A stretch of 64,000 nt of DNA from Chara braunii (GCA_003427395.1 BFEA01000009.1:4039660-4103659); one strand, 5' to 3'; counted from the first letter of the stretch, positions 12,853 through 26,352 are shown. Notes: generated by a model from the letters alone, not told the origin. Translations and numbers: made by a program.

Positions 12853-13668
12853 TTTTTTTTTTCTTTTTTTTTTTAATGCCATCGTCAGCCTGCTAAAGGA
12901 AGTGGTAAGAGCAGCTCCTTGTAGCAGGTATGTCGCCTGCTAGAAACCGGGTTCAGCGTCCCGTAGCAATACACATACTCAGCACACAGAGCAACCGAAG
13001 GGCCCGCCATCATTGATTGCCCTGGAAGACTAGGGGATTAACTGCGCAGACCCTGCAAAAGGTCCATGGGGGTGGGACAAGGGCCCAAAAGGGAGGGGTT
13101 GTCCTCTCCGGGGCGGCTCCAAAGACAGACCGCCCCTCCTCCTCCCCCCGTCCCCTACCTCGGACTATAAGCATAAATCCTTAAATACGTCGAGATCACT
13201 TCAAAACAGTCCTACAACTTCAACACATAGAAACCATGCACACACACAAGATCAATTACGGTCGTAGCGTCGGGATGTTCAAAACTCCGGTAACTTGAGT
13301 CCTCCCCACTCTGGATCCGAACAGTCACAGTGTGGACCTCGGTAATGGCATAAGCTATGTACTCCTCATCAAGGGTCACACCAGACCCAAGATCGGCAAA
13401 GTACGCATCGTAAGTGATGTCAGCAAGGATTTACATACTCCTCATGCGGTTCACAATGTTGGATCGGAACTCTACACAAGTAATGGACGGTGCTCTACCC
13501 AACACAGCTCGACGAAGGCATTGCCAGTAACTGTTTGGCTGACCTTCGAACACATCCTCCGGGATGAAGTACTCTGGCGCAGTGAGCAAAGCCACGTTCA
13601 CAGGGACTGGTGCCTCAGCAAACTGTTCCGCGTAGTGATTATTCCAGTCGTCCATGTCGACCACATCG
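12853..13668 (-). other. Unidentified coding fragment followed by hairpin-rich tail and A-run (retroposed RNA-like)
   Basis: ORF 13431-13664 continues in frame past a TAA (ILADITYDAYFADL...); hairpins at 12889-12928 and 13110-13136; T-run 12853-12874 on + strand. Confidence 0.4.
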
Positions 13669-15167
13669 TTGGACTAGCTTCAACTTGATCCTACGACGAT
13701 CATTTTTTGTTATCACTGATAACAGATCGGTTGGTTGACCGTCGACTCGTCGCCTCACGACACAACTTTGCTTACACGTGTACCTCAACTTTATTGCCTC
13801 AGCCCTGAGATTTTGATATGTTTCTTTGAGGGTTTTAACCGGACTTCTTTTAATGAGCATTATAAATAACTTATGAGATTTATGAAAAGTTGGGCTATGA
13901 TTGGGGCTTGAGTGTGTGAGGTGTGGTGTGAGTTACAAGGAATACTAAAGTTGACCACATTGGTGTATGGCAATGCGCCTATTGTGTGTACCTGTGTTTT
14001 GTGCCGGTTAGTATTTGGAGCTTGATATATGAGCCGTACTTTGGAGACGGTGAGAATGACAACCATGTGACGCGCGATCTGCATACCTGATGGGTTTATG
14101 TTTCCCCTTCTTTTATTTTATCTCGAGTCCTGATTTGATATATGAGTGTTGGATGTTTATTTATTTATGGGATGATTTTGCTTATTAATTTTGATAGTTG
14201 GACGTTGTAGTCCATGGCAGCCGTCAAAGTCAACCCCCTAGACTTATTTTCAGGCCCTGGACGATAGAGCTGGTCACCAAAGCAATAAGAGATGATTGTC
14301 ACCACAGGTATGAACCTGTGTACCACCCACTTTCTGCAAGGTGCAAAAGAGGGTGTGGTTCTCAACCGCGCTTGGCGGTTGTCCAGCGTCGAGAGATCAT
14401 TCCCTCAAGGCGCGTGTCAGCCGACGCTCGAGTATCGAATGCGACCCTCGAGATTAATGAGGACGGCATGAGTATGGGTATAGTACGCCATCATTGCGAC
14501 TGCTTGCGTATACTTGCATTGCGAGTCGATATGAGTTAACCCTGCGTCCGCGCGGTTTTATACTAAGTTCCGTGCGCGTCGCCTATCCGATTTCCGCGTC
14601 GGAGAGTTATGGGATGACTACTAAGGGACTAGGAATGTTGTCGTGTTGTTCGTTCTGTGTTGTTCTGTGAACAGATGTATATGTGTGCATGTTTTTTTAT
14701 TTTTATGTTCTTTAGAGTGGCGTGCGCATGGTGTGTGGAATGCGTCCTAGTCGACCGGCGACAAGCCGTGTTAGGGACCTCAACTCCCCAAGATGTCGGT
14801 TCGAGTGCGGGTATGATAGAGGCGTATTACCGCGTGTACCCCCTATGCTACAGCGAACGAGGAACGCCCTCGGCAAGTCCACCTATGCGATTGTAACTGA
14901 TCAGCTTTTGTACTGTGGACTAGTACCTCGGTGGGGATACGCCCACCAAAGGGAGGTGACAGTTCCTGCAAGGTGGAGGTAAGTCGTGGCTCGTGTAGGC
15001 CCTCTCATGTCGTAGGAGCTCGCGAGAGGTATGGCCGGCACACTCGGTCGGCGCAGCTTGCGAAAACTCCATCATGTATTCGCGACGAGGACAAGACCAA
15101 CTCCTGCGTGACGCGGCCGGGAGGGTCCCGCCCTGCCTTGTGCGGTGTCGGACCGATGCGCTCGACA
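13669..15167 (+). repeat. LTR copy 1 of element B (5'-truncated or uncertain left end)
   Basis: Direct repeat of 26600-28090; ends ...CTCGACA and is followed by a PBS. Confidence 0.85.
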
Positions 15168-15169
15168 GG

Positions 15170-15186
15170 TGGCGTCTTTGCTGGGG
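15170..15186 (+). promoter_or_regulatory. Primer-binding site, degenerate tRNA-Asp type
   Basis: TGGCGTCTTTGCTGGGG 2 nt after the LTR end; Athila-type consensus is TGGCGCCGTTGCCGGGGA. Confidence 0.7.
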
Positions 15187-17211
15187 TTGACGGTTGCCTA
15201 CCGTTGTCCTTGGTGGAACGACGGTCGCGTATGATGGTTTGAAATCTAGGCAAAGGAATATTTTTTTTATAGATGCATATGGTTGGTTGTTTGATACCTT
15301 GACTATCGTTGGAGATGTCTTAAGGTTGTGGCCTAATTATGAAGTGCTGATTATAAGCATATGTGTGATTTACTTGAGGGAGGAAGTGTTAGGATATACA
15401 CTTACGTACTCTAACGTATGTAATAGCTATTTCAGCGAGCACCTAGTTATCCTAAGTAATTTTTAAATGATTAGGCGATACGTGGCATGTCAGAAGCGGC
15501 CTTGGTTGGGTTGGAGCGGCGTCCGCATTGTTGGCAAAGTCCAATACCGAAGCAAGCTCAGCTAATAACTGTCAAAGCTACGAAGTTAGTGATTTATTAT
15601 GTAAGTGATGTGCTAAGCCTGCCTTAGGAGATAAGGGACGTTAAGTTGAGGCGTCTTCCCCTGGTCAATAGAGCGTCGCTTCAGACAAGGTTGGTGATAT
15701 ATGAGCAACATGGATGAGGGGATGACTGACTAGTGCGAAATAAGGGGTTTGATTGCAAAGGTCTTTCCTTGAGCTCATAATGAGTTGAAGTACATTAGGT
15801 TTGAGGAGTTGAGTCACTTACGGGATTGTCTGTATATAACTGTCGATAAAAGTTTGAGGAGTAATGGTTACTTAGCTAGCGGTTTGACTAACTTGAAGAG
15901 AGGCTTATGTTTTAAGTATGTGTAATATATATGTATTTATTTATTTTTATGATGGTGTTTATCTGGTTGTTGCCATATATGCGTTTTTCTGTATTTTGTT
16001 TAATGTCTAGATGATTGTGCATATATGGATTGTCTTTCAAAGAGGACATAGACTTTGCATGAAACCCACATCTGGCATGGGACCAGAGGTGAATGGGGTG
16101 ACTCATTCCTGGAGAAGGTGGTTCTTCCTCAAGGGAGTAAGTCAACGTGTATAGTTGTCCTCAGTGGGAGTGCATTATTGAATTGTTACTCCCTCGTTGA
16201 GGCTTAAGGAAGCAATTATCATTCTCAAGAATGATAGTGAAAGGCCCACGCCGGAATTATATTCCTTGTCCATTAGTGGGGTGTTGTTACCTTTCCTATG
16301 ATAAGAGAGTAACAACATTATCTTTTGAGAGAGGAGAAAAAGGTTTGTGACCTTACGAAAACTGTGATGGCCAAGTGGAACAACTACTGATTAGTGAGAG
16401 CGGTTCTGGAGTAGCGACATAGGCTCGTCTCCCGCTAAGCAAGGCCACCATATTTATGAGGGTGCGGATTTGCTGTTCGTTGCCCTGATAGGTATGAATG
16501 GGGTTGTCCATCTACCCATGATTAGGTTCGGTGAGGTGGAAGCGCTGGAGTCAGAGAGGGTTGCGGTGAGGCTTGATCTTTAGAGCGGGGTTCGGGAGTC
16601 AAGATGTTGTCTCATAAGGATTACACCGCTCTTCTGTATTAAATTTTTCGCTTAAGAGTTGAAGGGGTAACAATTGTATCGTGTTATTTACTCATTGCTA
16701 GCCTTATTTCTGCCTTATAGAATATGAAATATGTTGTTGGGGTTTATCTTGTTATATGACTAACAGTTGAGTTGGCTTCATATTGGTTATTTTTGAAGTA
16801 TATGTGTTTTTCAGCCACAAGCCTACGACCCTTGTAAATAATTGGTGTTTATTAGACTGTGTATTATTATTGTGAATATACGTTATTTATCGTGGGATGT
16901 ACTGTATTTTGGATTCATGTTTGAAGTATCTATGTGGCATATGTATATTGTGTCCTTGATAATAGAAATGAGAAGTGGTTAATCCCCGAGTTATGATTTG
17001 AGGAATTTATCAGTGAATATTTATGTTTTATTTTAGATGGATATTTATTTAAGGACTCTCCTCGCTATCGCCGTTGTTCTGAATAGATTCTTATGTGCGC
17101 TTTCATGATATGTGTCAGGGTTATCTAGTGGGGTATATTCTATAATTGGCTTAGTTACGTAACTTCCTTCGAGCCTCGGCCCAAAGACCGCTCGTTGTTT
17201 GTTCAACAGGT

Positions 17212-18256
17212 GATGGGGTCGAGGGAGCTCGAGATGGAAGACTCTCAAGGGAAGATTGGGGTCGAGGAACTCGCCTCTCTACTGGGACTGCGAGATTGGG
17301 AGCGAGACAACCTACCCAAGGTTGAGATCGACTTCTTCAGGGGCTATCATGTTTCTGACTTTCTCGATCAGTTTGAACAAATAGCATCCCACTACAAGTG
17401 GAATGAGGAGCAGATGTTGAAATAGGTTATAAAGTATATCCATATAGGCTTGAAGGACGAAGTTAGTGGGTTGGTTAGAAGAGCGAGGTCATCATGGAGG
17501 AAGTTCTATGATGACATGTGGAATAAGTACCGACTAGGGGAGGAACAACTGAGTAGAGACAATCTTGAGAAGATAGATCGATACAATTATGTGAGGCACT
17601 TCCTGATGGAGTATGAGCACGCATCCCGCAAGGTCTGGACGTTATCGGAATATGACAAGTGCTTTGTTTTCCTTATGAATTTCACGGATGCAGAGCAACG
17701 GGATTTGATCCGTGGGACAAAAGGGTGGCTGATATGGGACGAAATACGAGGGGGATTTCGATGGTACCTCTGTCATACTTTGCGAGAAGCGAGGAAAAGA
17801 AAGGAGCTGCAAAACTGTGGTAAGAGCAGGCCTGATGAAGGAACAAAGGAAGTTGTGACAGGTACCAGAGGGAATATGGAAGGCGAGCTTCAGAAGAAGA
17901 TTAAGAAGTCTAAGCGAAATCATAAGTGGGGTGAAGAGAACAGAGCGAGGGTCTGCATTGGTAAAGTAGGGGAAGTTGAAGTCAGAAACACCATGCCTCA
18001 TACCTATGAGAGGACAAATAACGTCCCGGATAAGGAGAGGAAAGGGGGACAAAGAGGACAGAAGCAAGTAGATATGGCCCCACCTATTGCTACATCTGGT
18101 CCTCTGAAGGAACGTGCCCGATGGAAGACATTGTCATCTGAAAATAGGACGGATCGTAGATTGAAGAGAATACGAGACCGGCAGACAAAGATAGTATGTG
18201 CTTGTTGTGGAAAGATTGGTCACACCCCTCGTAGATGTAAGACGGTAAAGGAATGA
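17212..18256 (+). pseudogene. gag: gag with C-terminal zinc knuckle, one in-frame stop
   Basis: FFRGYHVSDFLDQFEQIASHYKWNEEQ; LSEYDKCFVFL (compare LSKVDRCVMFM in element D gag); CACCGKIGHTPRRC = CX2CX4HX4C; ORFs 17195-17425 and 17450-18256 share a frame. Confidence 0.85.
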
Positions 18257-18924
18257 GATAGGGAATGAGGTCGTTTGTCCGAGTCTACAAGTTTTTGACA
18301 TACATTTCGTTTTGTATATATTCTAGATTTCGGGTGAGAATTTTACTTTTTATAATTGTGCATACGTTCTGAGTTTTGACTACCCATTCTCTAAGATGAT
18401 TTTATGCTTTGGAGGTCTTGTAAGGTTCGATTGTCCGTACGCTGATCTTTCCATCTTTGCGAACATGGTTGGGATCGTTTTGTGTATATCAGTCTTTTAC
18501 AATTTGTAGGGTACGTTGTACAAGGTCTTTTGCTTCTGATTGGGATCTGGAATGGTGACGATTTGAGGTTTGTGAAGATTCGAGACTCGAGATAATCTGA
18601 TTTCTTTTGAGAACCATCTTGATATGGGTTTTGATTCCCCAAGATTGCAGAGTCATGCGCGTTCTGGTTGTCATTAACATCCTCACCATTGTGGTCATGT
18701 GAGTTTTTCTATATTTTTTTTAATTGACATGCGAGAAAGAAAGGTTTAAGAGTGTGAAATAAAGGAGTGACAAAAAGTCAGTAAAAGATGTTTGCACCAA
18801 AGAGGGTTCAATGAAGTGAAAAAAACGTGATTTTGAGTGAAAGATTTATGAGAGATTTGAAGAGTCCAGAAAATTATATAAAGAGAAAGGTTATGCCTGA
18901 AGATGGCCTAAATGGTTATTGGTT

Positions 18925-19590
18925 TCATCTGGACTCATCTTCAAGTGGAAGTTATTTTAAAGGTTATATGGATAGTTCATCCAGGAGTTGGAGGATGGCT
19001 GAGGTATTTTTATGGTTAATTCTCCTTCAAGTGGGAAGGGATCTTAATAAGTCTTATGGAATGCTCATCCTTAAGTGGGAAGGATAGTTGAATGGTTTTT
19101 CGTCAAGAGATTTGCCTTCTTGATATGTATACAACGACCACTCTGCTCTGGGTTCATAGCTGTCATCGGGGGACTCGTGGCAGGGAGACATGTGATGTAT
19201 ACGGGACCCTCACTTGACGCTTGGTTATGGGCTGCGAGTGGTTTAGTCTGCGTCAGAGGGTAGGGATTATACTGTCATGGATACAGCAATGTCACCCTAC
19301 CCAAGGTTCACAACTGCCTGTAGGGGAGACTCACGGCAGGGAAACCTGTCATGTATATGGGACCCTCACTTGGCCCTTGGTTGTGAATTGCGAGTGACCA
19401 GTCTGCGACAGTATTTTCCGCGATTAAGAAAAATAAAGGTTGGCTAAGTTAAAAGAGTAGGTTATTTGTTTTCCTTTGACTCATCTCGAAGTGGAAGATG
19501 CTTTAACGATTTAAAGTTTCTATGATGATCCATCCTCAAGAGGGAGGATGTTTTAAAAGATCTTATGGTTGACTCTCTTTCAAGTAAAAG
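18925..19590 (+). repeat. Dispersed motif ctcatc.tcaagtggaag and a ~80-bp duplication (19170-19250 / 19325-19405)
   Basis: At least six imperfect motif copies; duplicated gggaccctcacttg block. Confidence 0.55.
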
Positions 19591-22171
19591 GTGCTAAAAG
19601 ATTAAATGGTATGGAAAGCTGGCTGAATGATAACGCATATTGATAAGAGCCAAGGGGAAATGGTTACTTATGGTGAGATTTTGAGAAGTATAAACATTGG
19701 GTTTTATTTGGGGGAAGATTATGAGAATTTGCCCACTGAGCAAAGCATATGGTAAGGCTGATAAAAATGTATAATGAAAGCGAAAAAACCTATTCATAAA
19801 AGTAGGATCTATGAACAAGAGGGGTGTTTTTATTTTATTTTAAAGGTTTAATGAATACACTTACCCATCCATTTGATGAATGACTAAGATGAGTGGTTTT
19901 TCGGTGATAGTAATGACTTGAGGGATTGGGCTTAACGGGGCCCTACCCCTAAGGTACATTTGTGGCATAGGTGATGGGGTTAACCTTCCTAATCTTTTAG
20001 TTAGCTGAGAGATTGAGGTATCTAACCAATCCCCACAATGGGGTGTTCCTTTGGGGAAGAACTCGGAAAAGAGTGTATAGATCAGTTGAGTTTGAGTCAT
20101 TGATGTGTGAAAAGAAAAAAGTCTAAATAAAGATTGAGATCCTGAATTTTGACCAACCACTGAGTTTGAGTGGAAAGATGATCAGGGTGCCCGACTCGAT
20201 AAAATATCGTTGAAAGGCACTGGGGTTGTAGAATCCTAAGTTCGATTATTGGATAATTCTCTGTCTAAGGTTGTAGTGGATGGAAAGTGGCTTTATCCAC
20301 TTGTCGAGTTAGGGATTGGAATGTGTCAGTGCTTAGTCGATTATTCGATTGTTATAAATTCTCACTCTTATTAGGAATTGGATGAAATTTTTGACTGTTG
20401 ATATTAGCCTAGCTACTTTGAGGAAACGAGGTTTGGAGTAGATATAACTAAATAACCATTTTTAGTCAAAGTTAAGAACTTGAGGTGGTTATCATGTACT
20501 TTTCTTAGGGTTATGTTTTAAATGGTACTTGGTCTAAGTATCCGTTGCGACAGGGACGTCGCTTAATAAAGTTCGGGCAGGCTATCGTACCAAATACCCT
20601 TACGAGGGTATTTGGCGTATTTCTTGCAAGTCGCACCAGCGAGGCCTCGTCCGCTTTACGGCACGCAAGCGGGATGTAGCTTAGGCCCTCGCCCAAGTGA
20701 GCGGCACACGTGGGGTATTTACGGCGAGGTGCAATCATGCGCAGCCTGGGTGTGCGTGGTGTCACGGGTCAGCGGGACGCGTGGCCTTTCATCCCCTTTG
20801 CTTTTGGGGTCCTCACGTTTACTCTTATTATTTGCGTACTTCTAAATTTTTGCGAGTATCTTGGATCCGGTGATCGGCTCTTAGGCCGACGCCGGGACCG
20901 ACGAGTTCAGTTGTCAAGCCACAGGGCACGGGTGGCCGTCACGGTAGTCAAGGACCTTGACCACGCGCCTCTTTCGACGGGCCCGTTCGGGTTCGTATGA
21001 ATTGGGAATGCTGGCGGAAGTTTCCCATCCCACCCACATTAAAGCACGGACCAAAGAGGTCAGCGTGCGTGGAAGTGGTGGGGCCCGTGGTCATGGCTTC
21101 CCTCGCCTCCCACATGGAGAACGTCAATAGCCTAAAGTTGGAGGAAACCGAAGAATAATCTGAGCGGACCTATGTGGCTGCAGCTGGAAGGCGGCAGAGG
21201 ATGCAGCGGGCGCACGGCCTCGCCGTTTATGTAAGAAGTTGTGTGAGAGCATGCCCATTGGGGCCCGTGAGGCGGTGGAGTAGGCCTGGGACAAGCCGGG
21301 GCAGGAGGGGACTGTGGCGAAGTAGCGGTAATGTTGTCGTACCAATCGACCGTCGTGCTTGGATATAGAGGCGGAGGACTAATCGCACCGTCGAGTAGCG
21401 TGTGTCCTCTGAAGTTTCCCTCAAGGGTCGAAGTTGTTGAACAGCTACTGCTCGTTGAGGGGACTACCGCTACCGGAGCCTGTGTTCCCATAGAAGCGAG
21501 GTGAGTACAGCAGAGGAGTGACGGGCGCAAAGGCGGTGGAGCAAGGTAGTGGAGCAACGAAAGATGAGGCAGCCAGCACATAAAAGGAGCGGACGGTGAG
21601 TCAGGGTAGCGAGATGCAGAGAAGGGAGAAGGTTGAACCTGGCCACTGAACTGGCCCGGGTACATGCAGAGAAGAAGAAAGCAGCAAAAGAAAAGTGGAA
21701 AAGGTGAGTGAACCCGGGCAAGATTTTGCGTCGGGTACATTCGAAAAGTGGAATGGTGGAGCGAACAAGGAGAGTTGGATATGGGGATGAGAAAATGGAC
21801 GCCCCGTTCGATTCTTAATAGAAACAGGCAAGAAAGAAGACGATTTCGGGGTTTTAGCCCCGGCGAGCGTAGTGGTTATGTTAGTTTTGGGAGTAGATTA
21901 GTGGAATAGGAGGTTAGTAGAAAAAGGGTGCGCCGAAAAATGGCGGAGGGTCGGCTATGGCAGGAAAGGGAAAAGCAATATCTTGCTCGATTCATAACGG
22001 AACCGAGCGAGGAAAGGTCCTAAACGGGGTTTTTTTGGTCGACCGAGTGTAATGGTGAGGTTAGTTTTAGTGTTAAACCAATAGAATAGGGGTTAGAAGG
22101 GAAAGGAGGTGCACGGAGGAAATGGAGATGGTGAACGGGAAGGAGGAATATATATATATATATATACATAT

Positions 22172-22287
22172 CATATCAGCCTCCTGAGGAGTCGGTGAAA
22201 CTCCGACGAAACAGTTTGTCACAACCCCTCGTTTGTTGTCCTCTTCTCCCTCTCTGCCTACGGTTTACCGAGCAGTTCTATTTGACG
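22172..22287 (+). mobile_element. ~115-bp terminal repeat of a microsatellite-associated retroelement (Penelope-like or DIRS-like)
   Basis: Near-identical to minus-strand copies at 62215-62316 and 61885-61995; ends TTTGACG(AT)n. Confidence 0.65.
22184..22222 (+). ncRNA. Minimal hammerhead-ribozyme-like motif in a short repeat flanked by (AT)n
   Basis: CTGAGGA-GTCGG-TGAAACT-CCGAC-GAAAC-A-GTT-TGTCAC: catalytic boxes and stem II intact; 5' arm of stem I absent in this copy. Confidence 0.55.
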
Positions 22288-24369
22288 ATATATATATATA
22301 TCGAATCTATCTGCATTCTAGTGGAAGATTCATTCCCATTCTGCTCATTTAATCGTGAAGAGAGAGGGATGAACTCATCTATTCAGCGAGATTTGGTTGC
22401 AGTCGTCGCAGTGATCAAGTCATCTGAACCTGGTAGAGGAAGTGGCCAGATGCACGAACTAAAAAGAGGGGTTGGGTACGTACATGACCGCCTTCTTATA
22501 GAAAGTGCAACTGGCAGGTGGAGTTAATCCGCCAGTGTCACAACAAGAATCTGGTGTATGGACCATACCGCGTTTAAGGGAAGGTCCATTCCCAAGCTGC
22601 GGGTGACGCTGGACGGAGAAAACAGCGTAAGTGTTCACACTCTCGGAGAGAGAAAAGGTATCCGTGCTCATCATAATCATTATGATTTAGGTAGCCATCA
22701 GGATCGTCGTGCCCATTTATTCGTAGTATTGGGCGTGACCCTCATCATGCCTGCTCTCGTCTGTGGAATCGAGATCGGGATTCTCATTTAGCCGTCGTAA
22801 CTACTCGCGGGCATTCTGCTGACTTAGAGTCGACTGGTGTTGCATCCCGTTTGTTTGCAATCGTACTTTTCTTTTACCCGGTGGTACGGTGGGTGCTCGT
22901 CACCGATATCGCTAGGATCCGTCCTCAATTTGGTGGTTTTCTCCCCCATTCGTACGGCCAGAGAACCTCTGCAGTTGGCAAGTGTGTTGCTTATCCACCG
23001 CCTTGAGAGTGGTGCGGCACAAGGCTACGGGACCGGAAGGGTAGTCTGCCGGATGAAACGGTGAGAGGGACGGGAGGTTGGCATTTTACAGAGCAATCTC
23101 AACGGCACGCGGAGTTTCGTTGTTGCAAGCAGTATTAAACAGTGAAGTGGCTACCTTGTTGCATCTCGTTGCTAGTGCAGGGGGGGGCTGTGTTACTGCG
23201 ATACAACTCTCTTGTGTTTTCTTGTGAAGCAGCCGTGCGTTTTGTTGCTATGACTAAGGCAGTTATAGCCTATGCTCGAATTGGACGCAGTTAGGAGGCT
23301 TAAGCCGCATGCAACGATTATTGGCCTCGTAGTGACAGTTCGATGGCATGAGAAAAGGGGGGAGGCAAGCTGTAGAACAGGGACTTACCTGCTGACTAGC
23401 GTACCGCCCTTCCTATCAGCCAGAACAACAACAAGGGAAACTGCGAGGCTGGATACTGACCTGCTTGGTGGCAGAGTGTGACCCATTTTATCAGCTTGCT
23501 TGGGTGAGAAAACCAGCTGCGGAGATTATAAACTTACCTATTGATCAGTGCGTGGCTCATCCTATCGATCGAAGTAGCAACAGGCCAGAGGCAGGGTGCA
23601 GACTTGGCTGCTAGTTGGTGCACTATTCGTTCTACCGCAATTAAAGCAGCAAGGGACGAGCAGAGACGGAAAGGGGCAGATTCGCCTACAGCCAATGCAC
23701 TTAGGACTGCGAGCGTTGCGGGATGACTTGCGACTGTCAAAGGGAGTCATCATATGATTTAGAGAGTCGCCAAAGAATTAACAGTGGACAGTTTCACTTT
23801 GATCGACCAAGTTGTTCTGCACGTATTGACCATCATTGCGGAGCCCTCAGGCGCTAGAAGATAACAAGGCCCTCTCATGGGAGTTGAGTTTGTCCCTCTC
23901 CTGTATCTCGAGAGTCTGAGACCCCTCCTTCTAGACTTCTTAGTTTAAGTCTAGTCTTGTTTTTAGAGGAAGGCAGCAGGCGGGATTGCAACCCGTAGGA
24001 CCGCAACAAGACTCTGTGGGGAGTCTGCCCACCGATTGCGGGAGCTCTGCCGGAACTCGGGAGGAGTTATGGAGGCAGGGAACTGAAAGGTAACCATTGC
24101 TTTCCTTCTGTAAACCCAGTATAACCCCTATTTGTATTCATTACTATATTTGACTGAGTATGTTGCCTGTACCCCTACTTTGACTGTCAGTTTGACTTCA
24201 GGACATAAACTAGACTTAATAAAGGAATGATTGTGCAATTCCAGTTTCAGTTTTTGATGTTTGACTGAGAGCAGATTGTGGGATTGCATCTGGGGGAAGG
24301 ATGAGAGAAAGGTTGTATTGCTTGTGTTTGACTATGTCAACCAAAGGCTGGGATAAAGATTCTAACAAT

Positions 24370-24690
24370 TGTTTTCCAATAGTAATAAATCAATCTTTTT
24401 TCAGTTTAGGAAAATTTTTGTCAAAGATTGAAATGAAAATATTAGCTAATTTGGAAACTGAATTAGGTCAGGTTATATCTCTATGCCATAAAAGAATCAT
24501 CTTAAGAATGGGCAAACCTTATTTAGCAACTCGTTGAGCTATTGTATATCCTATAAATGGAGAAACGATTAGCGAAGGAGATACCCTTATGACTCTTATC
24601 TATGAAAGACTAAAGGCAGACGATATTATACAAGGATTGCCAAAAATTGAACAACTTTTAGAAGCACGGCGCGAAAATGTAGTAGAGAAT
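24370..24690 (+). pseudogene. rpoC2: Plastid-derived fragment (NUPT) of RNA polymerase beta'' subunit
   Basis: Reading through TGA at 24535 gives [51 protein letters not shown], the conserved RpoC2 DIxQGLPKxEQxLExR block; AT-rich. Confidence 0.9.
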
Positions 24691-24802
24691 GTTTTTAGGT
24701 TCTCTATGGGGGTTTCAATTTAGTGTTTGGGCGTCGATGGAACGAAGTAAATTAGATTTAGTATTTGATATATAAAAAGTTTATAGATCCCAAGGTGAGT
24801 CT

Positions 24803-25513
24803 CCATAAGATTGGAGGACCCAATGCTATGTTTATTTTAAATTGTCTGAAGGACCAGACAAGTTCCCATAAGTTTGGGTGGTCTGGTTGCACTGACCTGT
24901 GAGGGCTGACTGGGATGGACTTTTCAGGGACCAAGAATGTTCCATAAGTTTGGGTGGCTTGGTCGCCTTGTTTACTTTGGATTTTTGACAGCTTCTTTAG
25001 TTTCTGAACGAGGAGGTCTGAGCATGTTTCATAAGTTTGGGTGGCTCTATCTCTTCCTGCTTTCGTTTTAAGAGAATGAACCAGGCTGAGGACCAGACAG
25101 GATCCCCATAAGTTTGGGTGGTCTTGGTCCAATGTCACGCACATGCTGGAACCAAAAGGATATAACTTGGCTATAATTTATTATTACTTTATCTATGAAC
25201 AGGCTAGTCAGACACGGTTCCATAAGTTTGGGTGGTCTTACTATAGCCTATCACGAACTGAAGATAGTATGAATTGAGAATAAATTTTTGGTACGAAGGG
25301 GCAGACTAAATCTTGAGCTAAAGATGATCGGCTCAATTATATGCTACCTCAAAAGACTAAGGGCATATAATTATATGAAGTTGGGATACTTGAACAGTTT
25401 AGGGTGGCTAGAATGGTCTAGTCACATGCCCAAAGAAGAGAAAAGTAGTTGTGCAATTTGTTCGTGTACATTCTATGGTTGAGCTAGACAGGTTCCCATA
25501 AGATTGGGTGGTA
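24803..25513 (+). repeat. Seven dispersed copies of (cc)cataagtttgggtgg
   Basis: Copies near 24803, 24865, 24942, 25030, 25106, 25220, 25495 with irregular spacing. Confidence 0.8.
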
Positions 25514-25829
25514 TAGCTTTATGCCTTATGTAAGGTGGGTATAAAGGGATAAATCATTGAAAGTTCATGAACTATTGTTTGATAAAATGACTTTGGGGAT
25601 GGTGAGAGTACTTATCTTTGTGGTTTGGCCTGCATGTGACTAAGTGCAACTACTACTTAGTCTGAGTTTCAGTTTGATAGGTAGTTGCTTTAGTTGTTCG
25701 CCATGTGCTAGAGTCATAAGAGTTAATTGCAATTCCTGCATTTTCTGAGCAAAGTTTTTTTACTTAGGTCAATTTCTGCATTTTTCTGGGATCTTTTATT
25801 ATACTTGGTCTTGCATAAATCTTGGTAAG

Positions 25830-26352
25830 TCGCTTTCTCTACGGGAAGGGCTGCCGAAATTTCTAAAAAAACAAGGAGTTGACCAGATTTTGTCTTTTTC
25901 ATGACCTAGTTTTTCTGACTTTTTTGGCTTAGTAAAAATTTGGAAAACATTCTTTTCTAAAGGGATTGCTGCCAAATTTTTTGCTAATTCATGATATTAA
26001 ACAAAATTGGACCTTGAGAAATCAAAGTCACTTTAGATTTTGAACTTAGCTTTGTAGAAATCTTGGATTAACACTTTTCGAAAGGGAGTGCTGCCGAAAG
26101 TTTAACAAATCTAAGGAGTTAGTTGATTTTTTGTCTTAATTGAACTCATGTCTTGCTTCTGCGTTCATATCTGACTGAGTAAAAATCTGGAAAGGCTTAT
26201 TTTCTAAAGGGAGTGCTGCTCAAATTTTCACTAGTTCAGGGAGTTGGACAAAATTTGACTTTCCGGATGTAGAGTTTATTCTTGTTTCATATTTAGGTTG
26301 ATATAAACTCTGGAAAGACACTTTTCCTACGGGAAGCGCTGCCAAAATTTTC
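25830..26352 (+). repeat. ~120-bp degenerate tandem repeat, 5 units, core ttttc.aaggga.tgctgcc.aaattt
   Basis: Cores near 25835, 25953, 26075, 26200, 26321. Confidence 0.75.

Noticed and set aside
13655-13668. TGTCGA as the true start of element B's first LTR
   Set aside because: Matches the TCGACA end but does not align with the second copy and gives no TSD.
13708-13724. Palindrome TGTTATCACTGATAACA (also near 26639) as an element terminus
   Set aside because: Homology between the copies extends ~40 bp further left, so it is internal; function unknown.
24803-25513. Repeat-spacer pattern resembling a CRISPR array
   Set aside because: Repeats only ~15-20 nt, spacing ranges from ~60 to ~275 bp, spacers partly similar to each other, no cas genes, eukaryotic context.
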